Assembly (NCBI RefSeq): GCF_001194135.2
Contig: NC_068989.1
Location: 5,997,606 to 6,030,338 of the forward strand
DNA: 32,733 bases
Source: Octopus bimaculoides
Lineage: Eukaryota
Reading direction: 5' to 3'
Below are positions 1 to 11,112 of the stretch, piece by piece. The position numbers and the translations under genes were made by a program. Positions within the stretch are counted from its first letter, which is position 1, and each line of letters opens with the position of its first letter. Below the pieces are notes generated by a model, which was given only the letters and a program-made list of their open reading frames with translations, was not told where the DNA came from and searched no databases.

Positions 1-70
<70 letters not shown>

Positions 71-72
71 GT
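1..72. repeat. (CA)n-(TA)n microsatellite
   Basis: Direct dinucleotide runs. Confidence 0.98.
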
Positions 73-622
73 TACACGCACGCACGGATGTTTATATGTA
101 CGCTCCTGTATCTAAGTGCACTAAAAGACAGTGAGCGAAAGAAATGTGTGAGGAAGGGAGAGGATTTAGGAAACGGTGGAGAAGCATTTACGGGGAAAAG
201 GAGGAAGAGTGTCTGTGTGTCTGTGTAATTTGTTAAAGGTGACGGTAAGTCACCTTTAACAGTTGGTTGGCACACTTTCTTCTCTTTCTGTTTTTTTTCT
301 CTTTATACGTGTTATTTGAGAGATTATATGTTTGTGTGTTTCCTGCCCCAGTTACTATCGCAGCAGTTTCTGCTTAGACTCGACTCATATCTATACCCTA
401 CACACACACTATGTATATATATATATATATATATAATAATACAAATGATATATGAGCATATGCGTGTGTACATACATATATGTACATACATATATGTACA
501 TACCTACATCTACATGTATATGTAGATGCATATCCGAGTACAGGACGTCAAAAAAGGAACGGGAACATAAACAAAGCACACAAAAAAAAAACGGACTTTT
601 TTACGGACAACAGAATGAACAC

Positions 623-676
623 ATAGGAAAACAGACGAGCTACTTATGGAACTTTTCCTTCATCAGCTGCCTCTAT
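623..676 (-). ncRNA. Decayed hammerhead-like fold
   Basis: Minus strand: ATAGAGGCAG CTGATGA A GGAA-AAG-TTCC ATAA GTAGCTCGT CTGTTTTCCTAT. Stems I and II pair; GAAA core reads ATAA; cleavage triplet damaged. Confidence 0.35.
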
Positions 677-859
677 TCTAAATNNNNNNNNNNNNNNNNN
701 NNNNNNNNNNNNNNNNNNNNNNNNNNNNNNNNNNATATATATATATATATATATAAAACAAAAGAAAAACAGAAGATGGAATATACGAGAATATATTATT
801 AATCACAACAATTGTTGCGCCATATCTAGCGTCGACTCCTTTTGTGGGACACACAAAAA

Positions 860-1330
860 CTGGTTCAGGGGTATCCGGTAGTGCAGACGTTTCTTGTCGA
901 GTGATAAATAAATAAAAAAAAATCTCGTTAAAATGACTGTTCCATAATGCAACTTTCCGTTTTGTTGAGAGAAAAACAGCCAGACGGAGGAAAATTCTTC
1001 ATATATATAGAAGATCCAAAAATGAAATTGCAGAAGACAAAATAGAAACGAACACTTAATCAGGCGGGAAAAGTATTGAAAATAACCGTTAACCGATATG
1101 GATGTATTAAACGTCCTCGGGCAAGCAGCATGGCACGAGTACACTCGCTCATGCAAGCATTAGCAAAAATGTGAGCATACGCACACGCGGGATTAGACGC
1201 ACTCGTGATTACAAAGCGAGTTAGGTATTTAGTAGGTGTTTAGAAGAACGGGGAGGTTTAAAGGAAATTTAAGTCACCCATACATTAAAGTAAAATAAAA
1301 TAAAATTACACTAAGTTAACGGTTACTCAA
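860..1330 (-). mobile_element. Possible further Penelope-like RT thumb fragments
   Basis: Scattered motifs (KYL, L.ERVYSC, NGY...F.RLIK, ISFLDLL) in different frames, partly out of canonical order. Confidence 0.2.
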
Positions 1331-1392
1331 AATTCATTCTCACTGCATTGTGCGAAAGTACATTTATATGCGTGTAGGCATCTCGAGAGACG

Positions 1393-1570
1393 AAGGGATT
1401 AAGTCGATTACATCGTTCCCCAGTTAGTAACTGGTACTTAATTTATCGACCCCGAAAGGATGAAAGGCAAAGTCGACCTCGGCGGAATTTGAATTCAGAA
1501 CGTAAAGACAGACGAAATGCCGCTAAGCATTTCGCCCGGCGTGCTAACGTTTCTACCACCTCACAGCCTT
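1393..1570 (-). mobile_element. tRNA-derived SINE, family A
   Basis: Head GTTAGCACGCCGGGCGAAATGC, B-box-like GAATTCAAATTCC, central GCCTTTCATCCTTTCGGGGTCGATAAATT; matches many copies in this window. Confidence 0.92.
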
Positions 1571-1574
1571 CATG

Positions 1575-2915
1575 TACGTTCGAGAAATTGAATCAAAAAT
1601 TGACTGTTTTGTGTGCATCGAATAAAAAAATGGGCAGCGATGGAGGCAGCTTCGTTTCGCTTCTTCTTTTAGAGAAATAACATCGACAGAAATATCTGTG
1701 TTGATGAGTGATTATATGTTCGAGGATTCTGCAAAATTGACAGGGGGCTTCTTGGCAAAGAACCAAAAGTATGGCTGCATTTTGGGACGTGAGAAGTCTT
1801 ACTGGTTGGAAAATGTCTTGCTAAATGGTAAAAAGGTTAATTGAAAAACTTGAAAGATTTTAATAACGGCATATGTATCTCTTTGCGGTGAACTGCAATG
1901 CATATGCTCATCTCTAATTTAAAACCAATTTTTATATAATTAAGAAACCGTTGGTGGGCCGTGTCTCTTTTAATACTTTTTTTCATTTCGACGTAGATAG
2001 AAACAGATTGGAAGTCGCTTCTTCAAGAAGATCGTACGAACTCAGAACTTCTTGAATTTGTTTTTATAGTATCAGATTTACTGGTTTCTTAAATAGGTAA
2101 CACGTCCGATATTTGTATAAGAACATAAATGAGCATCTGTAATATTTGGTGATGAGTGCCCAATATTAGAGGTATTGCTAGTTTAAAACTGCGGTGTTAC
2201 TCAGCGGAAATGTAAGTAGTTGTGCTGGTTCCCTGAGCGATATGTTACCAAGGCGACTAGATCATTCTCAAAACAGACTCCAATCTTTTAGTTGCTTTGG
2301 TTATAGTTCTACAAATACTATTAAGTAGATCTGTTATCATGGCATCTGTGCTATATTTGCTAGGGTATCTTCGTTACTTAATCACAGTATGATTCCTTAT
2401 AAAAATACATATGCCTATGTTTTGTTTTATTTATTTCTAGTCCTTGAGCCATGCTCATAGCTTTCGGGGACTTCTCCATAGCTAATATACATGTTGAAAT
2501 AGCTTTTGAAAATAATACGTTTAACTGCCAGCTCATCATGCATGCGTTCATATCCGATGCAGGCACTTTATTGTGTTACCCGAAGTCAGGACACTTAATT
2601 TAGTATTTAAACAGGAATGAATTAAGGAAACTAATTCAAAGTGGCCTATTTCAACTACATAGATAAATAAAGGTACACTAAATACCATACATGAGATTTT
2701 GATTTATTAAAATTATCTCCACCTCGTGAGGATGTATTATAAGAGCCAGAGAACAACTAAGACCAGTTACATGTGAAAGGAGAAGATAATCTCAAGATTC
2801 AAGAATTTTCCAAATCTGATATGCAATTAAAGAACAGGGCAGGCTTATTGGCTGGAGATAAGAACGACAGTCGTAAACACATATTTCGGTCTCAGTAAAC
2901 ATCATCAGCACAACC
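1575..2915 (-). mobile_element. Decayed Penelope-like element (pLTR + RT + Cys linker + start of GIY-YIG)
   Basis: Motifs in canonical order across frameshifts: hammerhead 2870-2914, AATAAA 2703-2708, AM(G)SP 2466-2482 (1-nt insertion), LLNSI 2314-2328, YR...NYLHFR 2204-2235, HLCS, FLKKRLP (cf. F..NGYP), CQEAPCQFC about 1731-1757, CTQN..FLIQFLER 1578-1620 (cf. C.s.NvvYLI.C..C). Confidence 0.72.
2870..2914 (-). ncRNA. Minimal type I hammerhead ribozyme, core intact
   Basis: GTTGTG CTGATGA T GTTT-ACTG-AGAC C GAA ATATGTGT T TACGAC. Stem I GTTGTG/TACGAC, stem II 4 bp, stem III near-palindromic; predicted cleavage between 2876 and 2875. Confidence 0.68.
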
Positions 2916-3647
2916 TCATCTTCAGTAGCCAAGGGACTTAGACTTATATACGTGAACGATTAGAACAAATTTACGGCCTAGGTAATTTGCATAATTTAAA
3001 CACAAATGAGCTAAGGGAAATAACTCAGAGTAACCAATGACACATATAAGTGTAACATAGACAAATACATGTACGTTAAGTATCATACAGCATTAATTCT
3101 CGAGTTATTAAATATTTCCCCGCATCAAAAGCATGTATTATAATTATCAAAAGGCAACTCACGATAATTCTATATAAGGAGACATAACCTCAACATTCAA
3201 GGATTCCCCAAAGTTGACATGGCATTACGGAGAAGTGCAGGTTTATTATCTTAAGTTTATCTAACTGAAGCAGACAATAATTAACTTCAAAAGTACTAGT
3301 AACATGCCCAGATGTGGTGGGTGGCGAAAGATTAGTAATTGATGGAATATATAAACAAAGAGACAGAAAAGTGTAATGTCAAAATCTCAGGAAGTCCTGC
3401 TATGCACGAATGCTTGCGATGTGGTGTTAATAAGTTTGACCTTATGACTCGAGTTAATTATTGATTTCATATTTGAAATGTCAGTGACCAAAAAGGTGAC
3501 ATAAATACTACTTTCTCTCAAATTTGTTGTTCGATCCATGTTTCATATGTGACTTTTGTGAACTGAACATCTGAGAAACGCCATTCAGCCTTGTATAATT
3601 AATGTTAGGTCGTTGAAGATGTTACTGGATATATATATATATATATA

Positions 3648-4246
3648 NNNNNNNNNNNNNNNNNNNNNNNNNNNNNNNNNNNNNNNNNNNNNNNNNNNNN
3701 NNNNNNNNNNNNNNNNNNNNNNNNNNNNNNNNNNNNNNNNNNNNNNNNNNNNNNNNNNNNNNNNNNNNNNNNNNNNNNNNNNNNNNNNNNNNNNNNNNNN
3801 NNNNNNNNNNNNNNNNNNNNNNNNNNNNNNNNNNNNNNNNNNNNNNNNNNNNNNNNNNNNNNNNNNNNNNNNNNNNNNNNNNNNNNNNNNNNNNNNNNNN
3901 NNNNNNNNNNNNNNNNNNNNNNNNNNNNNNNNNNNNNNNNNNNNNNNNNNNNNNNNNNNNNNNNNNNNNNNNNNNNNNNNNNNNNNNNNNNNNNNNNNNN
4001 NNNNNNNNNNNNNNNNNNNNNNNNNNNNNNNNNNNNNNNNNNNNNNNNNNNNNNNNNNNNNNNNNNNNNNNNNNNNNNNNNNNNNNNNNNNNNNNNNNNN
4101 NNNNNNNNNNNNNNNNNNNNNNNNNNNNNNNNNNNNNNNNNNNNNNNNNNNNNNNNNNNNNNNNNNNNNNNNNNNNNNNNNNNNNNNNNNNNNNNNNNNN
4201 NNNNNNNNNNNNNNNNNNNNNNNNNNNNNNNNNNNNNNNNNNNNNN
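3648..4246. other. Assembly gap (largest of seven), flanked by (TA)n
   Basis: N run. Confidence 1.
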
Positions 4247-4639
4247 TATATATATATATGTCTGTATGTGTCTGTATGTATATGTGTCTGTATGTGTGTG
4301 TGTATCAAAATAAGAGATTGAAAAATTGTGGGGAGGGATTATTTATTCACCATTACACGTGTTTCATCCGCTAATAGGAATTGAAAAAAAATAATGCTTT
4401 GGCGACAATCTGATTGTTGTTAGCGAGGACGGCGATAGCGTGGTACAGAAAGAAAGAAAGGAGTTACGAAAATTTATACTCTCTTGTGCCTTTATGTCAC
4501 CGCATCAATCTGCTAGAAATAGCAGTCAAAAATTTTCTTCAAATCTCCCCCCTCCCCCCACTGTCTTATACGAAAGAAGGATTCATTAATCTCTTTGTTT
4601 TAGTCACGCTCTCTCAATAAAAGACGAAATGATCACGGA

Positions 4640-4711
4640 GACAGAACTCCTTTTGATCACAATTTCGATCTATCCGGCTGACCTGGGGCTAAACAACAAC
4701 AACAACAACAA
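4640..4711 (+). mobile_element. Probable retroposon 3' tail ending in (AAC)n
   Basis: ...GGCTGACCTGGGGCTAAACAACAACAACAAC. Tail-like ending recalled from octopus SINEs; no second copy here. Confidence 0.35.
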
Positions 4712-4746
4712 CTGCCTACATTCAGCCAGTTTACATCGTGCTTGTA

Positions 4747-5497
4747 ATCACGTGACTGCCTACGTCATAAACAGTCCTTTCACCCGTTTTGTCGTCAGAT
4801 AACTTTCAGCATAATAAAACAGCTGACTCTTCACATACCCGTCTCACTTCTCTATTTCTTTGCAAACTGGTCTCTCTTATTATCTGCAATAGTTTGCCAC
4901 ATCTTTTGACATATTTCAAGACAAATATTTTCGATATTTTCCAGATAGTGTAGATTTGGAAGAAATTGTCACAGTATCGATATCTGATAGAAAACGAACC
5001 CTTTTAACATACGTCTACAAGTACAGAGTGATTTTTTTTCAGGGCATTCTACAACGTTTCGAAAATCTGTTTTGGTTTAACTTTCATGAGAATGGTCCTA
5101 TTTGTTAGGTATCACATGACTTTCAACGTCATAACAGCCACCACACTCCTTTAGTACTTTTTATTTTCTGTCAGATAACTCACTAAATTATGAAGCCTCC
5201 TCTGCCCTCCACCATCCTTCGCATTCCCTGTGAAAGGATCTCCTGCGTCACGTGACAGCATGCTGTCTGCTGACACATTACACGTTACATCATTCTCAAC
5301 GCCGCCATTACCGACGATATCATCTCGCCTTCTACATCAAATCAACTCACAATTTACGTCAAATAACCTGATACACACAGCATTATGTTTTTCTTCGGCT
5401 GTTTTTACGTGTGTCTTTCTCCTTGTCTTTTAGATTTTACTAATTGGCGCAGTGCCAAAGCGTGAAGATTCTACCAGAAACTTTCGCGAAGTTTCTG
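4747..5497. promoter_or_regulatory. Cluster of MITF/TFE/USF E-boxes, CRE half-sites, GATA and NFI motifs
   Basis: TCACGTGA 4748-4755, M-box ATCACATGAC 5111-5120, GTCACGTGAC 5247-5256, ACGTCA at 4762, 5126 and 5356, GTCAGATAAC at 4794 and 5170, TTGGC-N5-GCCAA 5444-5458. Confidence 0.45.
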
Positions 5498-5729
5498 AAC
5501 GCTATTTCTATGTACAAATTAGCAGCGCTAATACCTTCAACATATAAAACAACTCAGAACGGAGGAAACAACTAAAGTGATATACTTGCTCAGTTAACAC
5601 ATACACACCTCGCACGCGGCCAGCCAGACTCACACATACGCACACAGACACAGACATACGCACAAACACATACACATGCACACAAACAACACACGTGCAC
5701 GTACATACATTTGTAAATACTTGATGCAT

Positions 5730-5763
5730 AGGTGTGGGTGTATCTATATACATGTGTATATTC

Positions 5764-5800
<37 letters not shown>

Positions 5801-5814
5801 CATACATACATACA

Positions 5815-5848
<34 letters not shown>

Positions 5849-6053
5849 CATACATATACACATATATACATACATATATACACATATACGTATATATATA
5901 TATACATATATATACATACACATATATATATACATACATATATATATATATATATAAACATACATATATATATATCCATACATATATATTTAAATATATA
6001 TGTGTGTATATATGTATGTATATATACATACACACTAAGACACACTAAGACAG

Positions 6054-6085
<32 letters not shown>
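5730..6085. repeat. Compound (TA)n/(CATA)n/(GATA)n microsatellite
   Basis: Direct. Confidence 0.97.
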
Positions 6086-6245
6086 GGCTGTTGATAAGCA
6101 GAATAGTTGAAGAATCCGACAAAATGCTAGGTGATAAGTTGTTCCGGCTCTTTACGTTCTGAGTTCAAATCCGCCCGAGGTCAACTTTGCATTCACATCC
6201 ATTCACATTCGATACAGTGAAGTGTCAGTCAAATACTGGGGGTCC
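6086..6245 (+). mobile_element. Old family A SINE
   Basis: CTTTACGTTCTGAGTTCAAATCCGCCCGAGGTCAACTTTGC matches family A; flanks diverged. Confidence 0.72.
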
Positions 6246-6524
6246 AACCCTTCTCTCGCCTTCAACTGGGATGTCTTGGTTATTTCGTTGGATCAAAATT
6301 GAACAGGAACGGTGGAGAGAGTGTCTGTGTGTCGACACTCGGGTAAATGAGTTAAGTAAAGACTAAAAAAATACATTTGAAAAAAAAAAGCCTGTTGATT
6401 GTTGATGCATAAATCATACTCGAATGCGCATGACGGCCACGCACATGCGCACCCGCGCCTGTAAAAACACGCGCTTACGGGTGTCTGGCTATGTTAGTGC
6501 AAAGACACATGTACATAATACGTC

Positions 6525-6757
6525 ATAATATACATATATATAGATGTATACACGCACGCGCGCACAGACACAGACATATATATGTGTGTGTGTGTGTATA
6601 AACGTCACGCGCAAATGAGTATGATTTGATATCAACATGCCTTTTGTTAAATGTTTTTAAGAATGTGTGTGAGTATATATATGTATGGTATATCTGTGTA
6701 TGTATACACGTAAATGTGTGTGCGCGTGCGTGTTTACTTGTGTGTGTGTATGTGTAC

Positions 6758-6833
<76 letters not shown>

Positions 6834-7035
6834 AAATATAAGGTATGTGTTTGTTCCTCTTTGAGTAGATATGCATATCTGTCAGCGGTATGTATGTAGA
6901 AGGAAGTATATACACATGTGTGTATATTGTGTGTGTGTGACCAACTTTGCACCTCTATGAGCCGTCCATATCGTGCATCTGCATGTATGTATGTATGTAT
7001 GTATGTGTGTGTGTGTGTGTGTGTGTATGCATGTA
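6525..7035. repeat. Patchy compound microsatellite (TA, TG, GATA, TATG)
   Basis: Direct. Confidence 0.9.
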
Positions 7036-7194
7036 CATGTATACCCAGTGTTTTTGTTTCTTGTAGCTATTTTGTCAAGCAATATTTCAATGGAAAAAAA
7101 TACTAACCAGCTTAATTAATTTCATGATGTTTCTTCGCCTTATATTTCTTAGGAAAATATATTAAATATTTCATAACTTAAGTCGACATCGTCG

Positions 7195-7243
7195 TCTTCT
7201 TCTTCTTCTTCTTTTTCTTCTTCTTCTTCTTCTTCTTCTTCTT
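7195..7243. repeat. (CTT)n microsatellite
   Basis: Direct. Confidence 0.97.
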
Positions 7244-7795
7244 GAGTAGAGAGCAGTGCATGCCATGAAAGTGACACTGGGGTAAGATATATGAAGCCCA
7301 GTATACCCCCTCATGACTACCCGTCTGATAAGGGTACACCGGGTACCTACATCATAACCATATGTGCGCGACATGGCGTTCTCATATCAAGATAAAGAGC
7401 GCATGATCTTGCAGGTAGGGTCCAGTTAGAATTTTCTTCAGGTTGAGTAGCTCATCCCGCTCAAAAGGTCCTTGAATAAAAGTTGTTTAAGAATGTTGAA
7501 TGAAACAAACATGTTTCCAAAAGGGAATTATCCAAACCCCAAAGAATTCTTCTAAACAAATGGCTATGATACTCCTCAACTACTTCTGCTCGTGATCAGA
7601 GATGCACATATTGTCAGCCACTAAGAGACATGCTCAACTGGTTCAAGTCAAACAACTAACAAGCAAATCTGTGATATTAAGCAGAATATTTGCTGTAGCC
7701 CATCTTTTATACCAAGACAAAACCTGTGCATGATAACACCTACAATCAGTTAAGATCAGAAGCCATGAGAGCCACTGCCTGGTACTGCATCCGGG

Positions 7796-7830
<35 letters not shown>
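7244..7830. mobile_element. Unclassified ~590-bp interspersed repeat bounded by (CTT)n and (ATT)n
   Basis: Complex, stop-rich block with trinucleotide runs at both ends and TATAAAAG on the minus strand near 7703-7711. Recalled as a common octopus repeat; single copy here. Confidence 0.4.
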
Positions 7831-7832
<2 letters not shown>

Positions 7833-8464
7833 GAAACAAATCTGAGGTTTATACACACATGCACGCGAGTACACACACACACACACACACACTGATAAAC
7901 GCAAGATGCACTTTATATCTACATATAAACACAAGATACAGTTTGTGTCCTACGTACGTTTAACTGTTGTGGCTATTTGCATCTTCCACAGAAATATAAT
8001 TGGATGCTAATCCACACCAGTTTGTCAGGATAACAATTTATTGCATAATAGCTGAAACTTCGTATTTCGTAACTCCGAGTTTCATATCTTCAGGTCTTCC
8101 TACAAAAATTCAAAGAACGAAACAACAAGACCGTTAAAACAAATATTAAACAGAAACAATAAAAAGAAAAGCTTTGATTGGTTACAGACGAAAAGAATAT
8201 CAGTAAAACTGACTGAGTTGCATGAATGCCACTCGTTTGGTAGAGGTGAAGAGAGGTGAAAGACATTGAATAAACAGTTAAACGTAAACACAATGCTGTA
8301 TTATAAAAGCATAAATAACAAAAGAGCCAAAAATATAAAAATAATTATTACAGTTTGGAATGTGCAGCACACGGCGCAAAAATAGACGAGGAAATATAAA
8401 GAAAGAGAAGAAAGCAGGTTGATAAAAAGGGCTCAAAGAGGAACCGAATAAGGGATTCCTTCAT

Positions 8465-8834
8465 TTGTTTCAATCATTTGACTGCGGCCATACTGGAGCG
8501 CCGCCTTTTAGTCGAACAAATCGACCCCCAGGACTTATTCTTTATAAGCCTAGTACTTATTCTATCGGTGTTTTTGCCGAACCGCTGTTACGGGGACATA
8601 AACACACCAGCATCGGTTATCAAGCGGTGTTGGCGGGACTAACACACACACACACACACACAGATATATATACGACGGGCTTCTTTCAGTTTCCGTCTAC
8701 CAAATCCACTCACAAGGCTTTGGTCGGCCCGAGGCTATAGTAAAAGACACCTGCCAAAGGTGCCATGCATTGGGACTGAACTCAGAAGCATGTGGCTGGT
8801 AAGCAAGCTACTTACCACACAGCCACTCCTGCGC
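8465..8834 (-). mobile_element. Full-length family B SINE (tRNA head, CORE-like segment, internal microsatellite, tail)
   Basis: Head GCGCAGGAGTGGCTGTGTGGTAAG...GTTCAGTCCC, GCACCTTTGGCAGGTGTCTT, tail ...CCAGTATGGCCGCAGTCAAATGATTGAAAC; matches 22436-22770. Confidence 0.92.
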
Positions 8835-8864
8835 TTATGATAAGAAAATATTAATTTCTATATT

Positions 8865-9060
8865 GATTTCAATTTTTGGCACAAGGCCAGTAATTTCGTG
8901 AGGGAGGGTAAGTCGATTACATCGACCCTAGTGCTCGATTGGTACTTATTTTATCCACCCTGCAAGGATGAAAGGCACAGTCGACCTCGACGGAATTTGA
9001 ACTCAGAACATAAAGACGGACTTTTGCCCACCGTACTAACGGTTCTGCCAACCCAACGCT
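8865..9060 (-). mobile_element. Family A SINE, short tail, internal deletion
   Basis: Central domain and GGCCTTGTGCCAAAAATTGAAATC tail. Confidence 0.88.
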
Positions 9061-9214
9061 TTAAGGGATAAGAAAATATTAGAAAACAGGTTAAATAAAG
9101 GACTAAATTAAAGCAGAACGAATTCAAGCAAACAAGAAAGAAAGCGAAAGTAGGAAATAAAGACAGTTTGGTACTGAAAATTGAAAAGTTATTTGTCTTT
9201 AAAACGTTCTCAAG

Positions 9215-9470
9215 AGTGCAAGCATGGCTGTTTGCGTACGAAGCTCGTTTTGAAACCACTTTCTGGTTCAGTCCCACTGCACGACACTTTGGGTGTCTTC
9301 TATTATAGCTGGTTTGTTTGTGTCTCCGTAACATGGTGGTTCGATAAAAGAGAACGATAGAATAACTACAAGACTTTAAAAAATCAGTCCTAGGATCGAT
9401 TGTTCGACTAAATTCTTCGGAGCGTTGCTCAAGAATGGCAGTAGTTCAATGAGTAAAATATGAAGATAGA
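9215..9470 (+). mobile_element. Degenerate, internally deleted family B SINE
   Basis: GGTTCAGTCCCACTGC...GTGTCTTCTATTATAGC, then tail GATAGAATAAC...TTCGACTAAA. Confidence 0.75.
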
Positions 9471-9913
9471 AGTATTGTGATATTTTCTGTTGATTTATAA
9501 CAGACTAAAAGTTTGCCTCGAGCAAGAACGAAAATAAAAAAAAAAAACAAGCAAAAAATGAAACAAAATAAATCTGACCCTGTATTCAAGTAGTTTTGTC
9601 TTGGAATTACGAGGGACATTTTCTGTTTAGCAAAAGTGTCAATTGATTTATTTCTGAAATTGCCACGATTAATACTATTATTTATTACTTTTCTTTTTTC
9701 TTTTTTGCCTATAACTAATCAAAAGTTATTTTCTTATATGTTTTTTTTATGAGTGTGTGTGCGTTGTTATTTTTCTGCGATGCATGCAGGAAGATTCCGG
9801 AACCATATCTCTATGATGGTGCACATTCTGTTATTTTCCATTTGATGGTGACAGTTGTAATTGCTTTCTTTTAACTCCCAGGTGTGTTTAGATAGAGACG
9901 TCGGGTTTCCTTT

Positions 9914-9949
<36 letters not shown>

Positions 9950-10582
9950 ATTTCTGAATATTCGTAAAGTTTTGTGTACCTATCTTTGAATGTTCCACTA
10001 GAGGTGCAGATGTAGTTCTCTTCAGTTTGTAAACTAGTCTTTCATTGTGTCAGTCATTTTGATTGTGGCCATGCTGGAGCATTGCCTTAATGTTTTTAAG
10101 CAATTTCCTTGTAATGCACATATTGCTGTTGTGGCGCAATTGCATGAGTCTTTAGCGTTGTGTTGCATGCTTCTTGTTACGTTGATGTTTAATGGTATGT
10201 TTAAAGTGTTTCGCTTGGCTGCATGTGTCTTTCGTGATGTTCTGTTAAACAAAAATGCTTCTAAGAAATTATATGCTACTTTTGTCGCTATATATTCATG
10301 CGTGCGCGAGAGTGTATGTATGTATGTAGGTTTTTAATTATTTAATTTCGTCTTCTAAGGATGAAGCTGGTTTCTAACAAAGATACAGAGAGCCTTTGTT
10401 GGCATATCGATATCGAAAACATTGTCATGTTTTAAACTTGGGAAAAGTTTCGCATATTTTTATTGTTACACTTACATCTTCTCAGATAGTTTACTGTTGC
10501 TGTCGTGTTGTTTCCGTCGGTGGCGTTATTAATTTCAAGCATGATCGTGTTAGCGAAATGTATGTATGTAAGGTTGTGAATG

Positions 10583-10980
10583 GGCGCAGTTATAGCCACG
10601 TGGTTAAGAAGATTGTTATGCAATCAGGTGATATCTGGTTCAATTCCATGCGCCACTCATTGGGCAAGCGTCTTCTACTAAACCCTCAGGCCAATCAATG
10701 CTTTGTGAATGAACTGAGTTGATGGAAACTGTGCAGAAACCTATAATATACACGTACATATGTGTGTGTGTTGTATTTATGATTGTTGGTGAACGCTCGA
10801 CACTGATGTTAGTAAAGTTTACGTGTTCGTAACATTAGCAATTCGGTAAAAAGAGTCGATATAATAAGTACCGAAATTTAAATAATTAGTGCCGAGATCG
10901 ATTTTATTGATTTTATTGACTTAAACTCTTTATGGTTGTGCCCCAGCATGGGCGCAGTCCAATGAACGAAAGAAATGAAA
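10583..10980 (+). mobile_element. Old family B SINE
   Basis: GGCGCAG head, TTGGGCAAGCGTCTTCTAC, tail CCAGCATGGGCGCAGTCCAATGA. Confidence 0.75.
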
Positions 10981-11019
10981 ACGTGTGTTTGTGCATTCGC
11001 GAGTGTGAATATAAGTAGA

Positions 11020-11049
11020 TATATTTATATGTGTGTATATATTTCTCGA

Positions 11050-11112
<63 letters not shown>

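Noticed and set aside
826-843. ACGCTAGATATGGCGCAA (minus), similar to the CTCF-like site at 23551
   Set aside because: A 2-bp insertion breaks the core; a single short match is compatible with chance.
2378-2566. GLEINKTK read as the RTE/L2 GL.IN..KTK motif
   Set aside because: No preceding YADD; neighbouring motifs fit Penelope RT instead.
2720-2960. Plus-strand GCIIRAR and VVNTYF motifs suggesting an L1/RTE ORF2
   Set aside because: Wrong order for one element and overlapping the better supported minus-strand PLE.
3613-4374. Long ORFs spanning N-runs (also 28209-28925 and 29569-30221)
   Set aside because: Length comes from assembly gaps.
8050-8100. CTGAAGA...CGAAA on the minus strand
   Set aside because: Extra bases before stem II and no stem I pairing; better explained as a short inverted repeat.
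9788-9900. Acceptor-like TTTCTTTTAACTCCCAG and nearby open frame KIPEPYLYDG
   Set aside because: No convincing donor and no recognisable peptide.
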